Positions 45,748 to 55,034 of a DNA stretch of 64,000 nucleotides are shown here, piece by piece; positions within the stretch are counted from its first letter, which is position 1; every line of letters starts with the position of its first letter. The DNA comes from a bacterium. GTDB lineage: Bacteria; Patescibacteriota; Minisyncoccia; Moranbacterales; GWC2-37-73. The translations under genes were made by a program, and so were the position numbers. The notes beneath the pieces were generated by a model, which made no database searches, was not told where the DNA came from, and saw only the letters and a program-made list of their open reading frames with translations. The DNA lies in assembly GCA_003251635.1 (NCBI GenBank), contig QKEW01000011.1:39411-103410 (forward strand). The letters run 5' to 3'.

Positions 45748-47703
45748 ATGGCTAGATCGTTGGTTTTGGGAAATGGAAAAATTCTGGTTTGTTTGGATCA
45801 GTTCGGGCAAGTTAAGGATTTCTATTTTCCCTATGCTGGTTTGGAAAATCATATTGGTGAAAAGTGCGTTCACAGAATCGGAATTTCTATTGATGGAAAT
45901 TTTGGCTGGATTGATGGTGGTCAATGGGAGATTGAAATTGACTATGTCGGCCACACCATGCTTTCTTGGATTAAAGCTCGACATCGACAAAGGAAAATAG
46001 TCCTGGAATTTTTTGATGTGGTTTACAACGAAAAGGATATTTTCATACGCGAAATAAAAATTCGAAATAATGAAGAAAATAAATGCCAAATCAAAATTTT
46101 CTTCAATCAGGAATTTTTCATCTATGGTACCGCCAGGGGAGACACTGCTTATTTTGAGCCGAATAAAAATATCCTGGTTCACTATGAAGGTCGGCGGGTT
46201 TTTGTGGTTTCAGCTATGAGTGAGGGTAAGTTTTTTGATGATTACAGTGTTGGTATTTTTGGCGATGAGGGAAAAGCGGGAACTTGGAAAGATGCGGAAG
46301 ATTCTCGCTTGGAGAAAAATCCAATCGAGCATGGAACGGTTGATTCGGTTTTGGCTTTGACAGTGGAAGTTGACCCGGGTAAAACTAAAAAGGCTCACTA
46401 TTGGATTTCGGTGGCTAAGAAATTTAAAGATGCTATCAGTCTTTATGAATATGTTTTGCAAAAAAATCCGGAGCACTTGATCAAGACGACGGCTAATTTC
46501 TGGAAAGCTTGGACCGATAAGTCGCATGTGGATTTTGTTGATCTCAACGAAGAGACAGTCAATTTATACAAGCGCTCCTTGCTCATCATGCGGACCCATT
46601 TCAGCGAAAATGGATCAATAATTGCCAGTGGCGATTCGGACATGCCGCGCGGTGGTCGTGACACCTATGCCTACGTTTGGCCGCGGGACGCCGCTTTCAT
46701 TATGCGTGCTTTTGATCGAGCCGGTTATTTTGATTTGTCGCGTAAGTTCTTTGAATTTTGCGAGGATGTGATCAGTCGCGAAGGTTATTTGATGCACAAA
46801 TATCGACCAGACCGTTCCATGGGCAGTTCTTGGCATCCGTGGATTAAAGATCAAAAAAAACAATTGCCGATTCAGGAAGATGAAACAGCTTTGGTGATTT
46901 GGGCGCTGTGGCAACATTATGAAGAGAATTTGGATTTGGAATTTATAGAAAAACTCTACAACCCCTTAATTAAAAAGTCCGCTGACTTCATGTGCCATTA
47001 CATTGATCCACAAACTAACTTGCCGTTGGATAGCTATGATATTTGGGAAGAGAAATCCGGAATTGCCACTTTTACGGCAGCTGGTGTCTATGGGGGATTG
47101 GTGGCGGCTCAAAAATTTGCCCAGCTTTTGGGTAAAAAATCCGATCAAAGAGAGTATGGCACAACGGCTTTGTTGGTTAAAAACGCGATTATTCAAAAAC
47201 TTTTCAATCAGCAGCGCGAGTTTTTTTATCGAATGTTGGATCGGGGCGGCGAAAAAGAAGAATTGATTGATACTTTGGATGTGAGCAGCTTTTTGGGTGT
47301 GTTTCGATTCGGAGTTTTGAAAAGTAGCGATTCGAAATTGAAAAAGATCGTTGATGTGATTGAAGACCAGCTCTATGTTAAAAATGGAATCGGCGGAATC
47401 ATGCGCTATCAAGGCGACCGTTATTTTCAGGTTGATCCGACAAATACGGAAAATCCCTGGTTTATTACCACGCTGTGGGTGGCGCAGTATTACATTGCCA
47501 AAGCTAAAAGCCGAAAGGAACTGAGATCGTGTATAAAATATTTGGACTGGGTGGTTAGTTTCGCTCAAAAATCCGGAATTTTGTCTGAGCAATTGGATCG
47601 TAATAGTGGTCAACAGCTTTCAGTGGCACCGCTCATTTGGAGCCATGCCGAGTTTGTTTTGACTGTGCAGGATTATTTGAAAAAATATCGGAAATTGGAT
47701 TAA
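45748..47703 (+). CDS. Glycoside hydrolase family 15 (glucoamylase/glucodextranase, prokaryotic type)
   Basis: YAYVWPRDAAFIMRAF and TLWVAQYYI blocks of the (alpha/alpha)6 catalytic domain, with an N-terminal beta-sandwich domain. Confidence 0.75.
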   Translation: MARSLVLGNGKILVCLDQFGQVKDFYFPYAGLENHIGEKCVHRIGISIDGNFGWIDGGQWEIEIDYVGHTMLSWIKARHRQRKIVLEFFDVVYNEKDIFIREIKIRNNEENKCQIKIFFNQEFFIYGTARGDTAYFEPNKNILVHYEGRRVFVVSAMSEGKFFDDYSVGIFGDEGKAGTWKDAEDSRLEKNPIEHGTVDSVLALTVEVDPGKTKKAHYWISVAKKFKDAISLYEYVLQKNPEHLIKTTANFWKAWTDKSHVDFVDLNEETVNLYKRSLLIMRTHFSENGSIIASGDSDMPRGGRDTYAYVWPRDAAFIMRAFDRAGYFDLSRKFFEFCEDVISREGYLMHKYRPDRSMGSSWHPWIKDQKKQLPIQEDETALVIWALWQHYEENLDLEFIEKLYNPLIKKSADFMCHYIDPQTNLPLDSYDIWEEKSGIATFTAAGVYGGLVAAQKFAQLLGKKSDQREYGTTALLVKNAIIQKLFNQQREFFYRMLDRGGEKEELIDTLDVSSFLGVFRFGVLKSSDSKLKKIVDVIEDQLYVKNGIGGIMRYQGDRYFQVDPTNTENPWFITTLWVAQYYIAKAKSRKELRSCIKYLDWVVSFAQKSGILSEQLDRNSGQQLSVAPLIWSHAEFVLTVQDYLKKYRKLD

Positions 47704-47724
47704 TATTCGGACTTTTTTGCTGTC

Positions 47725-47752
47725 AAACCGCTTTTTTGAAGCGGTTTTTATT
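47725..47752 (+). terminator. Intrinsic terminator after the GH15 gene
   Basis: AAACCGCTT-tttt-GAAGCGGTTT followed by TTATTG. Confidence 0.75.
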
Positions 47753-47782
47753 GTCTAAAATAATAAAATAGGCTAAACTGAA

Positions 47783-47826
47783 GTCAGTACGCACGTACTG
47801 ACGAACGTACGTACGTTCGTACTGAC
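47783..47826. repeat. GTAC/ACGT-rich compound palindrome (copy 2): GTCAGTACGCACGTACTGACGAACGTACGTACGTTCGTACTGAC
   Basis: It shares the 28-nt core ACGTACTGACGAACGTACGTACGTTCGT with copy 1. Its outer arms GTCAGTACG and CGTACTGAC are reverse complements of each other. Confidence 0.8.
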
Positions 47827-47860
47827 AAAAATAATTATTTTTATTGGCAGTCTCTCGAAA

Positions 47861-48052
47861 GTGGGATTGGATAAAATCAAAAACAAAATGCAAAAATTTG
47901 AAAGAAAGCTGGGAAAAACTTCCAGTCATAGCTATAACATAGTGATTCCCAAGGAAATTGTTGAAAAATATGGTTGGAAAGAGAAACAAAAAATTTCCAT
48001 TGTGGATAAGGGTCATGGCAAGATTGAGATTAGGGACTGGAAAAAACGTTGA
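47861..48052 (+). CDS. Small SpoVT/AbrB-like (looped-hinge helix) DNA-binding protein; orphan antitoxin-like
   Basis: 63 aa. YNIVIPKEIVEKYGWKEKQKISI resembles the AbrB/MazE swapped-hairpin motif. No adjacent toxin gene. Confidence 0.45.
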   Translation: MGLDKIKNKMQKFERKLGKTSSHSYNIVIPKEIVEKYGWKEKQKISIVDKGHGKIEIRDWKKR

Positions 48053-48096
48053 CAAATTAATTGCCTCAAGGTGCTTTAATGGTTATGATCTTTCAT

Positions 48097-48136
48097 AAAA
48101 CGGACTGTCGTTACAACGATAGCCCGTTTTGTTTTG
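48097..48136. terminator. Bidirectional terminator between convergent genes
   Basis: AAAACGG...CCGTTTT stem enclosing an inner imperfect hairpin. It has T-runs on both strands and lies between 47861..48052 (+) and 48156..50006 (-). Confidence 0.55.
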
Positions 48137-48155
48137 GAAGAAATTTTGTTTTTTA

Positions 48156-50006
48156 TTACTCTACATCATCCACATAGTAAACCAAAATAGAGGTGCCGAT
48201 TTGATAGCGGGGTTGATATTGAGTGATCCAGCGCCAAGACTGCTCGTCTGGTTTTTTCATGGTTCCATCGCTATTGAGGCGGGTGTCATAGATGCTGCCT
48301 TGAAGTTGGTTGACGCTGACTGCGTACCAGCCATTTTCCAGCGGTCGCTTGCTGTCCCACCAATCAATGAAACGATCTCCCAAATAGAAGCGCGGATTGC
48401 CACCACCAAAATAATTCAAGCGGATCTGGTCAATTTCAGGATGTTGATTTATGAAGGTTACAAATCTTTCCAAATCTTGGCCCCAATCAGCGTTGGAGTC
48501 GGTGACGTAGTGGTAGCCATTTTTTGGTCCGCCGGCTAATTCATTGAAATAGGATAGATAATATGGATAGGCCATAAGAGTTTCAGAAAGAATCCAGATA
48601 AGCAGAAATCCCAACACGTATTTGAAGAAAAATAATTGATGTGGTTGGAAGCGTGTGAAAAAATCGTGGATTTTCTTGGCCAGTAAGATATAGATGAAGG
48701 GAAAAATTGGAAAGAGGTGGCGCAAGCCAATGTTGAGATTGCCGGTAATGCTCAAATAAGAATAGACGACGATGAAGCCAAACAGAGTGTATTCAACAAC
48801 GTTGGAACGAAGCCAAGACAGAACTCTTTTTCCGTTGGTATGCAAAAAGTCCTGGGTCTTGAGATGGATCTTGGAAAAAATTTGCCAAAGGGTGAAAATG
48901 GTCATGGCGATGATTAGAATCAGCAAAGGCAATGTTTCTTTGAGAATAAAAACAGTTGGGAAGTAAGCAGGGAAGGCGTTGTCGGAAACTTGGCCAATAA
49001 AGTAGGCGCCGTTGCCGCCAGCCACGCGCTTGAAAACCATGCCCATGCCCAGGACATATTCAGCCATTGGTCGCAAGCTCGAGTGGTCATTCATGGCCAA
49101 CATCAAATCGCGAGCCCTGAGACTATTTGGATTGGAATCATTGGCTGGAAAATAGAAATTGATAGTTTTTTCAAATACGACCGGATCGGTTTTATAGGTA
49201 TTGGGCAGATAGACCAACCAAACCAAAACCATAGAAACAGCAAAAGCTACCAAGCCTTTTCCTAGGTAAGAGAACCAAACCCGGATTCTCTTTTGGTTGG
49301 CGTTGATTTTTTTTATCAACGGGTAGCCGACTAAGATTAATCCGAAAATCGGCAAAGTGGTGATGGAGGAAAATTTAGCCACGTGCAAAAGTCCCCAAAA
49401 TATTCCGCCCACCAGGGCATTTTTCCAAGTCGGATTTTTGATGAATTTGAGGAAATAATAAAAAGAAAAAGTTAAAAAAGCCATGACGCCAATGTCAGTG
49501 GTGACATAGTGGTTGTGTCCCAAAACATTTGGGTCAAGCGCATAGAAAAATAAAGCCAAAAGTCCAGCCAAAACCCCAGCCAATTCTTTGACCCACTTGA
49601 AAATAAACAGTCCGGCAATCAAAGAAATCAGCACGATTGGCAGGCGTGACCAAAAAAGAATCGCGTCTGGATTGTTGCCAGCCTCCCAAAGCAAATACTT
49701 GCCGGCATTCCATTGACCAGTATCATTGAGTTCATTCTGCCAGAAGCTTAAATTGGTATCAAAATTCAAGTTTAGAAATAGTAAAGGCAGAGCAGCTAAA
49801 TCTTTGATGAGGGGTGGATGTTCGGGATTGAGGCGCATGTCGTGCTGGGTTAAGTAGGAGTAGCCAGCCGGGATGTGGGCGATTTCGTCAAAAGTAGCAC
49901 TGTCGCTGGCGGCATTGTGCAATGAAACCACAAACATAAAAGCCAGTAAGGAGAAGACGATTTTCCACTGATGTTTTTTGAGCCAATCCTCGATTTTTTC
50001 TTTCAT
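48156..50006 (-). CDS. Membrane glycosyltransferase, GT-C fold (ArnT / PMT_2 family, GT39/GT83-like)
   Basis: First-loop motif DEIAHIPAGYSYLTQHDMRLNPEHPPLIKDL is typical of the ArnT/PMT family. More than 11 TM helices plus a C-terminal soluble domain. Confidence 0.75.
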   Translation of the reverse strand: MKEKIEDWLKKHQWKIVFSLLAFMFVVSLHNAASDSATFDEIAHIPAGYSYLTQHDMRLNPEHPPLIKDLAALPLLFLNLNFDTNLSFWQNELNDTGQWNAGKYLLWEAGNNPDAILFWSRLPIVLISLIAGLFIFKWVKELAGVLAGLLALFFYALDPNVLGHNHYVTTDIGVMAFLTFSFYYFLKFIKNPTWKNALVGGIFWGLLHVAKFSSITTLPIFGLILVGYPLIKKINANQKRIRVWFSYLGKGLVAFAVSMVLVWLVYLPNTYKTDPVVFEKTINFYFPANDSNPNSLRARDLMLAMNDHSSLRPMAEYVLGMGMVFKRVAGGNGAYFIGQVSDNAFPAYFPTVFILKETLPLLILIIAMTIFTLWQIFSKIHLKTQDFLHTNGKRVLSWLRSNVVEYTLFGFIVVYSYLSITGNLNIGLRHLFPIFPFIYILLAKKIHDFFTRFQPHQLFFFKYVLGFLLIWILSETLMAYPYYLSYFNELAGGPKNGYHYVTDSNADWGQDLERFVTFINQHPEIDQIRLNYFGGGNPRFYLGDRFIDWWDSKRPLENGWYAVSVNQLQGSIYDTRLNSDGTMKKPDEQSWRWITQYQPRYQIGTSILVYYVDDVE

Positions 50007-50022
50007 AATCTTTTATTATATT

Positions 50023-51591
50023 TTAATTTTTTATTTCCCAAAATTTGTCCCCAGGAAAAAATTCGTATTCAAAAACGGAGGCTTGAGGATAGATGGCTTG
50101 AACTTTTTCAATAACTTCTTCATATCTTTCGCCCATGAGAATCGCAAAATTATTTTCAATTTGGAAATTGGAATCTAGAAATTCCTCTTTGTTTTGATAG
50201 GTAATGTTGGGTAAATCGGGATTGAGGAATTTGACCGGAATCCTTTCCATGTTGGGGGTGATCAGGAATTTGGAAGTTTGCGGATCCAAAGTTTTGATGT
50301 AATAGGCGATGTCTTTGAAATTAGCGTTAAAAGAGCCGTGTTGTTTGGGATTATCTTTGAAAAAGACGAAATATTTGATCGGATTGAAAAGGCCGATGAA
50401 AATAAAAGAACCGACAAAAAGGGAAATCAGGAAAATTTTCAGTGAAACATAATTTTGATCAGATAATTTTTTCAAAATCCAAAGAAATGGCACGGTGGCC
50501 ATGATCATAACAACCGGTTGGGTTCCGATGGCGCGCAAGGCGTGAGGCAAACCTTCGGCGGTCATGAATTCCGGTGCAAGCATTCCAAAAAACCAAGCTA
50601 ATAAGAAAAAATAGAGATAGAGTTTTTCATTGTGGACGTCATGTCGAAAACGCAGCCAAAGCAACTGCAAAGCTTTTCCAATCAGATAGATTAGGCCGGT
50701 CAGGAAAGCGGCGCCCATGATTGGATCCAGGATTGGATAGGGCGGGTAGTTGTGACGCCAATTTTGATCGCCCCAAAAATTATATTTAGCCAAGCTTAGA
50801 CCCAGACTGCGAAAAGCGGTTTGAATCAAATGACCCTCATTCATTTCGGGTGAAAAAATTGAGATTGAGGCTGAGCGCGAACTGAGATATTCCGGATGAA
50901 CGTGAAATTCCCAAAGGATTGGTGCAAGAGTTATGAATGTGCCGATAGAAAAAATCAGCAGTTGTTTCCAGAAAGTTTTCAGGAAATCTTTTTGAGTGAT
51001 CCACATGAAAAACCAAAGAACCAAAATAATGGCCGGAGCAATACGAAAAGCAATGTAGGTGTGAAATCCGAGCCCGAAAATCAAACCGCTGATTAGAAAT
51101 GGAAAAATTTTGCGAGTGCGAAAACCTTTTAGCAAGAAGTAAAAAGAAAAAGTCAAAATGGTCGGAATCATGATAGCTCGGAATCCGATGCGCGAAAAAT
51201 TGATAGCCCAATAAGAAAAGGCCATCAAATAGGCACTAATGAGACCGGCGCGCGGGCTTTGAAAAATTTCTTTGGAAAGAAGATAGACTCCCCAGACCGC
51301 CAAGGTGCCGCAAATGATTGAGCAGATTTTCAAAGCCAAAATTGTGTTGCCAAAAAAATGAATTCCCAGAGCGATCAGATTTATGAAAAGTCCTTCGCGC
51401 CCGTTGTTGTCTGTGTAGAAAAGTTGGTAATTGCCACTGGCAAGAGCGTGTTGGGCATCAATGCCATTGACAGCTTCGTCAGGATAAATTCCGCTGGGAG
51501 CATTTTCGATATCAAAAATTCGCAGACCGAAAGCGGTAACCAAAATCAATAAAAGCAAGGAAAACTGCCACAAGCGGAAACTTTTTTTCAT
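50023..51591 (-). CDS. Membrane glycosyltransferase, GT-C fold (ArnT / PMT_2 family), paralogue of 48156..50006
   Basis: DEAVNGIDAQHALASGNYQLFYTDNNGREGLFINL first-loop motif. Polytopic. Confidence 0.7.
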   Translation of the reverse strand: MKKSFRLWQFSLLLLILVTAFGLRIFDIENAPSGIYPDEAVNGIDAQHALASGNYQLFYTDNNGREGLFINLIALGIHFFGNTILALKICSIICGTLAVWGVYLLSKEIFQSPRAGLISAYLMAFSYWAINFSRIGFRAIMIPTILTFSFYFLLKGFRTRKIFPFLISGLIFGLGFHTYIAFRIAPAIILVLWFFMWITQKDFLKTFWKQLLIFSIGTFITLAPILWEFHVHPEYLSSRSASISIFSPEMNEGHLIQTAFRSLGLSLAKYNFWGDQNWRHNYPPYPILDPIMGAAFLTGLIYLIGKALQLLWLRFRHDVHNEKLYLYFFLLAWFFGMLAPEFMTAEGLPHALRAIGTQPVVMIMATVPFLWILKKLSDQNYVSLKIFLISLFVGSFIFIGLFNPIKYFVFFKDNPKQHGSFNANFKDIAYYIKTLDPQTSKFLITPNMERIPVKFLNPDLPNITYQNKEEFLDSNFQIENNFAILMGERYEEVIEKVQAIYPQASVFEYEFFPGDKFWEIKN

Positions 51592-51758
51592 AGAAAATTA
51601 GTTCACAAACAACCGGGAGGATTTCCGGATGAAGGAAAATTTATTTTTGTTTTTTTGATGATTTGATTATAGCACTTTTTAGATTTTTTTGACAGAAATT
51701 TTTTGGGGATTTGAAAGGAGATGTGGTATAATTATTAAAAAGTTTTAATCAATTTGAA

Positions 51759-54674
51759 ATGAGCGAAATGTCTGGCGATAATTTAGATAATAAAGATGAA
51801 AAAAATAAAAAACCAGATGGAAATTCTGTTGAGGCTGTTGATGCGGAAATGATAGGGGATGTTGAAAGTGGCCCTGACAAAGAAGAATCCAGAGAAGATC
51901 CGATGGAAAAATGGAAAGACGACGCTGGTCTTTATTTGAAACCGGAAGATTTTGATAAGTTAGCGAGATTGCTTGGCGACAAATTTAATTGGAAAGAATT
52001 TTTTGATTTCTTTACGAGCCGGACAAATGACAAAATAAGAACATGGGAGAAAAAAAGGACAAAAATAGAGAATTACGACAGCTTTAAGCTTGATGTTGCT
52101 AGCCTCATGGAAGAATTTTTTAGGGGTAAGGTAGAAAATGTTGGTGAATTTTTAGTTGAAAATAAAGACTTAATGGATAAACTAAAAAATCTTGTTAAGG
52201 AAAAACATCCCTCCGCAAATACATTGAAAGCTTTTTTTGAGGGGAGAATAAAAAACTATGACTCTAGAAAAGAATTAATTAAAAAGGATGATTTTTTCGG
52301 TTTGGTTGGAAAAATTTTTCCAGGTATATTTGATGATTTTGAAGAAAGTGTAATAGAAGAGTTTTTGAAAAGTCAAGAATCTGGCACTAGCGATAAAATT
52401 AAAAGTCTTTTAGAAGATTATTTTGCTAAGAATTTAGGAAAAAATCCAAACAAGGAAGCGGCTACAAAATGTGTTCAAGATTTTTGTCGTGATCCTGAAA
52501 TTCTTACGAAAATAAAGGAGGAAATTTCACCAGATGATTCAGAAGTTTTTGGAGCTATCAGTGATTTAATTTCTGCAATTGGTCAGAAGGATATTCAAAA
52601 AGTTTTACTTCAACATAAAGAGTTAGAAAAAGATAAACAAAAGAAAGCTGAACCTGAAGATAAGCCAAATCAGGATGGTCAACCAAATTCTCGGCAGCCA
52701 GTTCAGGAGCCGGGAAATGCGCCAGCCTCGAATCCAAATCCAGATCCGATTCAACAATCGCAGCCTAATTCGCAACCGCAACCGCAAGAAGCGCAACCGC
52801 AAGAAACTCAAATTCAAGAGCCGCAACCGCAGGAGCTTCGACCACAGCAGCCAGCTCGAGTGGAAAGTTCCAATCCAAATCCTGAACTAAGTCCGGAGCA
52901 GGAAAAAGCCAAGCACGAGCAGGAGCGAAAAAATTTGAAGGCTGATATTGAAGCTACACGCCAAGACTATCTCGAAGCTTATTACCAAAAAAGAACTTGG
53001 ATCGGAAAATTCAAAAGCGCTCTTTGGGATAATGTCAGTCCGGTGGAGGCAGAAAATCGAAGCAGGGATGTCATGCGTCAGGACCTGGACTTTTTCAAAA
53101 GCAGATATGACCAAGCTCTCAAAAAATATCAAGAATTTTTGGTGGAGGAAGCTAAGATAGATGATCCTGCTTCTGCTAGTGGTGGAAAAATGATCGACAA
53201 CAAAAAATTTGCTGAGATTGCTAAAATTTTCAATCTGGAAGCTAAAGTAGAATTGGCTAAAAATTATAATGAGCTGAAGGCTGGCAAAATAGAGGGCCGG
53301 GTTCTGGGGTGGCTGCGCAAAGCTTCCAAGGGATATGGTGAATTAGTCAAAAAGCATCCTGTTATGGTTGGGCTAACTTCTTTGGCCTTAGTTTTGACTA
53401 ACCCAGCCTTGGGAGTTGGAATTGGAGGCAAAGCAGTTTCGGTTTTGTTTGTTAAAAAAATGTTAGTGGCTGGTTTGACTGGCGGAAGAGTTTTGGATTG
53501 GGCAGAGGAAAAAACCCAAAAAAATCGAGAAAAAGAAGCTAAAAAAGATGAGGCAGACTTAGAAAAAGAATTGAAGGGAGTTAATAGTTTAGAGAGCTTA
53601 ACTAAGCTTAATGAAAAACTGGATGGAATTATTTCGCAAGATAAGAACAGAATTGTTGATACGGCTAAAAATAAACAGCTCCGCAACATTTTGGCCGGAT
53701 CTGCGGTTGGTGGAACTTTGGGATTTTGGATCTTAAATCAATATGCGGAGAAATTTTTTGGAGCCGATCTTCACGGTAGTAAGGAGATTTTGAGATCCAA
53801 ACTGGAAACGGTGACGATAACTCAAGGCAGTGGAAATGGAACCAGTTTTGAACAGGTCTTAACTAAATATGTTAGAGGCAGGGAGTCTTGGTTGGTTGAT
53901 AAATATCCGGATTTGAAAGGGCTAAACACACAGCAAATTGTTGCGCGTATATCTTCGGATTATCGAATTGATCACCACGGCGGATATCCCGGAATGCTTA
54001 ATTCGGGTGATAAATTGAAAATTAATTTTGATTTTCAACAGGGTCAACCTTTTGAGAACGGAATTAGGATTGACGTAGTCAGGGGTGAAGCTCCGGTTAA
54101 TTTGGCAGCTGAGACGGCTCAAGATCATTCAGTTCACGAGGCAGTCTCAAATCATGCTAACAAGGCAGCTGATTTAGATGGACAAAAACCATCGGCGACA
54201 ACAGAAAAAGTAGCTAATGGTGCAGATTCAAAAATGCATTTCAAGTCGGAAGCTCTTAATGGCAAGCATCAGGATTTTCTACGTTGGAGTGACACTGTTT
54301 CCTGGCAAGATTATAGTCGGGGTTTTGGCAGAGGGATTATGCCGGATAGCTATTTATTGAGTGAAGCAAAAGCCTTGAAAGTTTTGGAAGGAAACCCTGA
54401 AGAATGGGGTAAATTTAAAGAGTTTGTGCGCAGAATTAGATATGATATTAGCGGTGAGAATCTAGCCAGATGGCAGCTAATTGGGGATATGCCAGCAAAC
54501 AGAATTGCTGCGATTGAGGACCATTTGTCTGGAAGTGGAAAAGAATTGTTTGAAAGATTTATGAATGACCCACACACTCCAAAGCCATTAAACGGGGAAC
54601 CGTTCAGTTATTATTTGCGTCGGGCGGTTCGAGTTTCTCTAGAGCAACGCAGAGCCGAATCATTAGCTGGATAA
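51759..54674 (+). CDS. Large hypothetical protein (971 aa) with an acidic N-terminus, a Pro/Gln-rich tandem-repeat linker and two internal hydrophobic segments
   Basis: Residues about 300-365: PNSQPQPQEAQPQETQIQEPQPQELRPQQP, which in DNA is CAACCGCAA-type repeats at about 52660-52860. Hydrophobic stretches VMVGLTSLALVLTNPALGVGIGG and AGSAVGGTLGFWIL. No catalytic motif recognised. Confidence 0.55.
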   Translation: MSEMSGDNLDNKDEKNKKPDGNSVEAVDAEMIGDVESGPDKEESREDPMEKWKDDAGLYLKPEDFDKLARLLGDKFNWKEFFDFFTSRTNDKIRTWEKKRTKIENYDSFKLDVASLMEEFFRGKVENVGEFLVENKDLMDKLKNLVKEKHPSANTLKAFFEGRIKNYDSRKELIKKDDFFGLVGKIFPGIFDDFEESVIEEFLKSQESGTSDKIKSLLEDYFAKNLGKNPNKEAATKCVQDFCRDPEILTKIKEEISPDDSEVFGAISDLISAIGQKDIQKVLLQHKELEKDKQKKAEPEDKPNQDGQPNSRQPVQEPGNAPASNPNPDPIQQSQPNSQPQPQEAQPQETQIQEPQPQELRPQQPARVESSNPNPELSPEQEKAKHEQERKNLKADIEATRQDYLEAYYQKRTWIGKFKSALWDNVSPVEAENRSRDVMRQDLDFFKSRYDQALKKYQEFLVEEAKIDDPASASGGKMIDNKKFAEIAKIFNLEAKVELAKNYNELKAGKIEGRVLGWLRKASKGYGELVKKHPVMVGLTSLALVLTNPALGVGIGGKAVSVLFVKKMLVAGLTGGRVLDWAEEKTQKNREKEAKKDEADLEKELKGVNSLESLTKLNEKLDGIISQDKNRIVDTAKNKQLRNILAGSAVGGTLGFWILNQYAEKFFGADLHGSKEILRSKLETVTITQGSGNGTSFEQVLTKYVRGRESWLVDKYPDLKGLNTQQIVARISSDYRIDHHGGYPGMLNSGDKLKINFDFQQGQPFENGIRIDVVRGEAPVNLAAETAQDHSVHEAVSNHANKAADLDGQKPSATTEKVANGADSKMHFKSEALNGKHQDFLRWSDTVSWQDYSRGFGRGIMPDSYLLSEAKALKVLEGNPEEWGKFKEFVRRIRYDISGENLARWQLIGDMPANRIAAIEDHLSGSGKELFERFMNDPHTPKPLNGEPFSYYLRRAVRVSLEQRRAESLAG

Positions 54675-54698
54675 GTTTATAATTAATCAAGAAATAAA

Positions 54699-55016
54699 AT
54701 GGATAATATCAACGAAGATTTGAAAAAAAAGGCTCTCGACCAGTTGGTTGAGGATCTGGGTATGAATGATTTACCGCAAGATAAAAAGGATGAACTTTTG
54801 GCCAAGATATCTGAAGCTTTTTTGGGTCGAATTTTTGTGGAGGTTATGGAAAAAATTGGCGAAGATGGTCGGGATGAATATGAGAAGTTGATGGAAAAAA
54901 ATCCCGAGCCACAGGAGGTGGACAAATTTTTTGCCAGCAAGATTGAGAATTATGATGGATTTGTAACTAAAGTTGCTCAAGATTTTAAAGAGGAATTAAC
55001 CAATGATCAGTTATAA
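54699..55016 (+). CDS. Small acidic hypothetical protein (105 aa)
   Basis: Tightly spaced between the 971-aa gene and the next acidic protein. High D/E content. Confidence 0.45.
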   Translation: MDNINEDLKKKALDQLVEDLGMNDLPQDKKDELLAKISEAFLGRIFVEVMEKIGEDGRDEYEKLMEKNPEPQEVDKFFASKIENYDGFVTKVAQDFKEELTNDQL

Positions 55017-55034
55017 TAATTAAGACAAAAGATT

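Noticed and set aside
51684-51735. Possible promoter (TTGACA ... TGgTATAAT) for the 971-aa gene
   Set aside because: The -35 and -10 hexamers are 32 nt apart. Only the extended -10 is credible, which is too weak to list as a feature.
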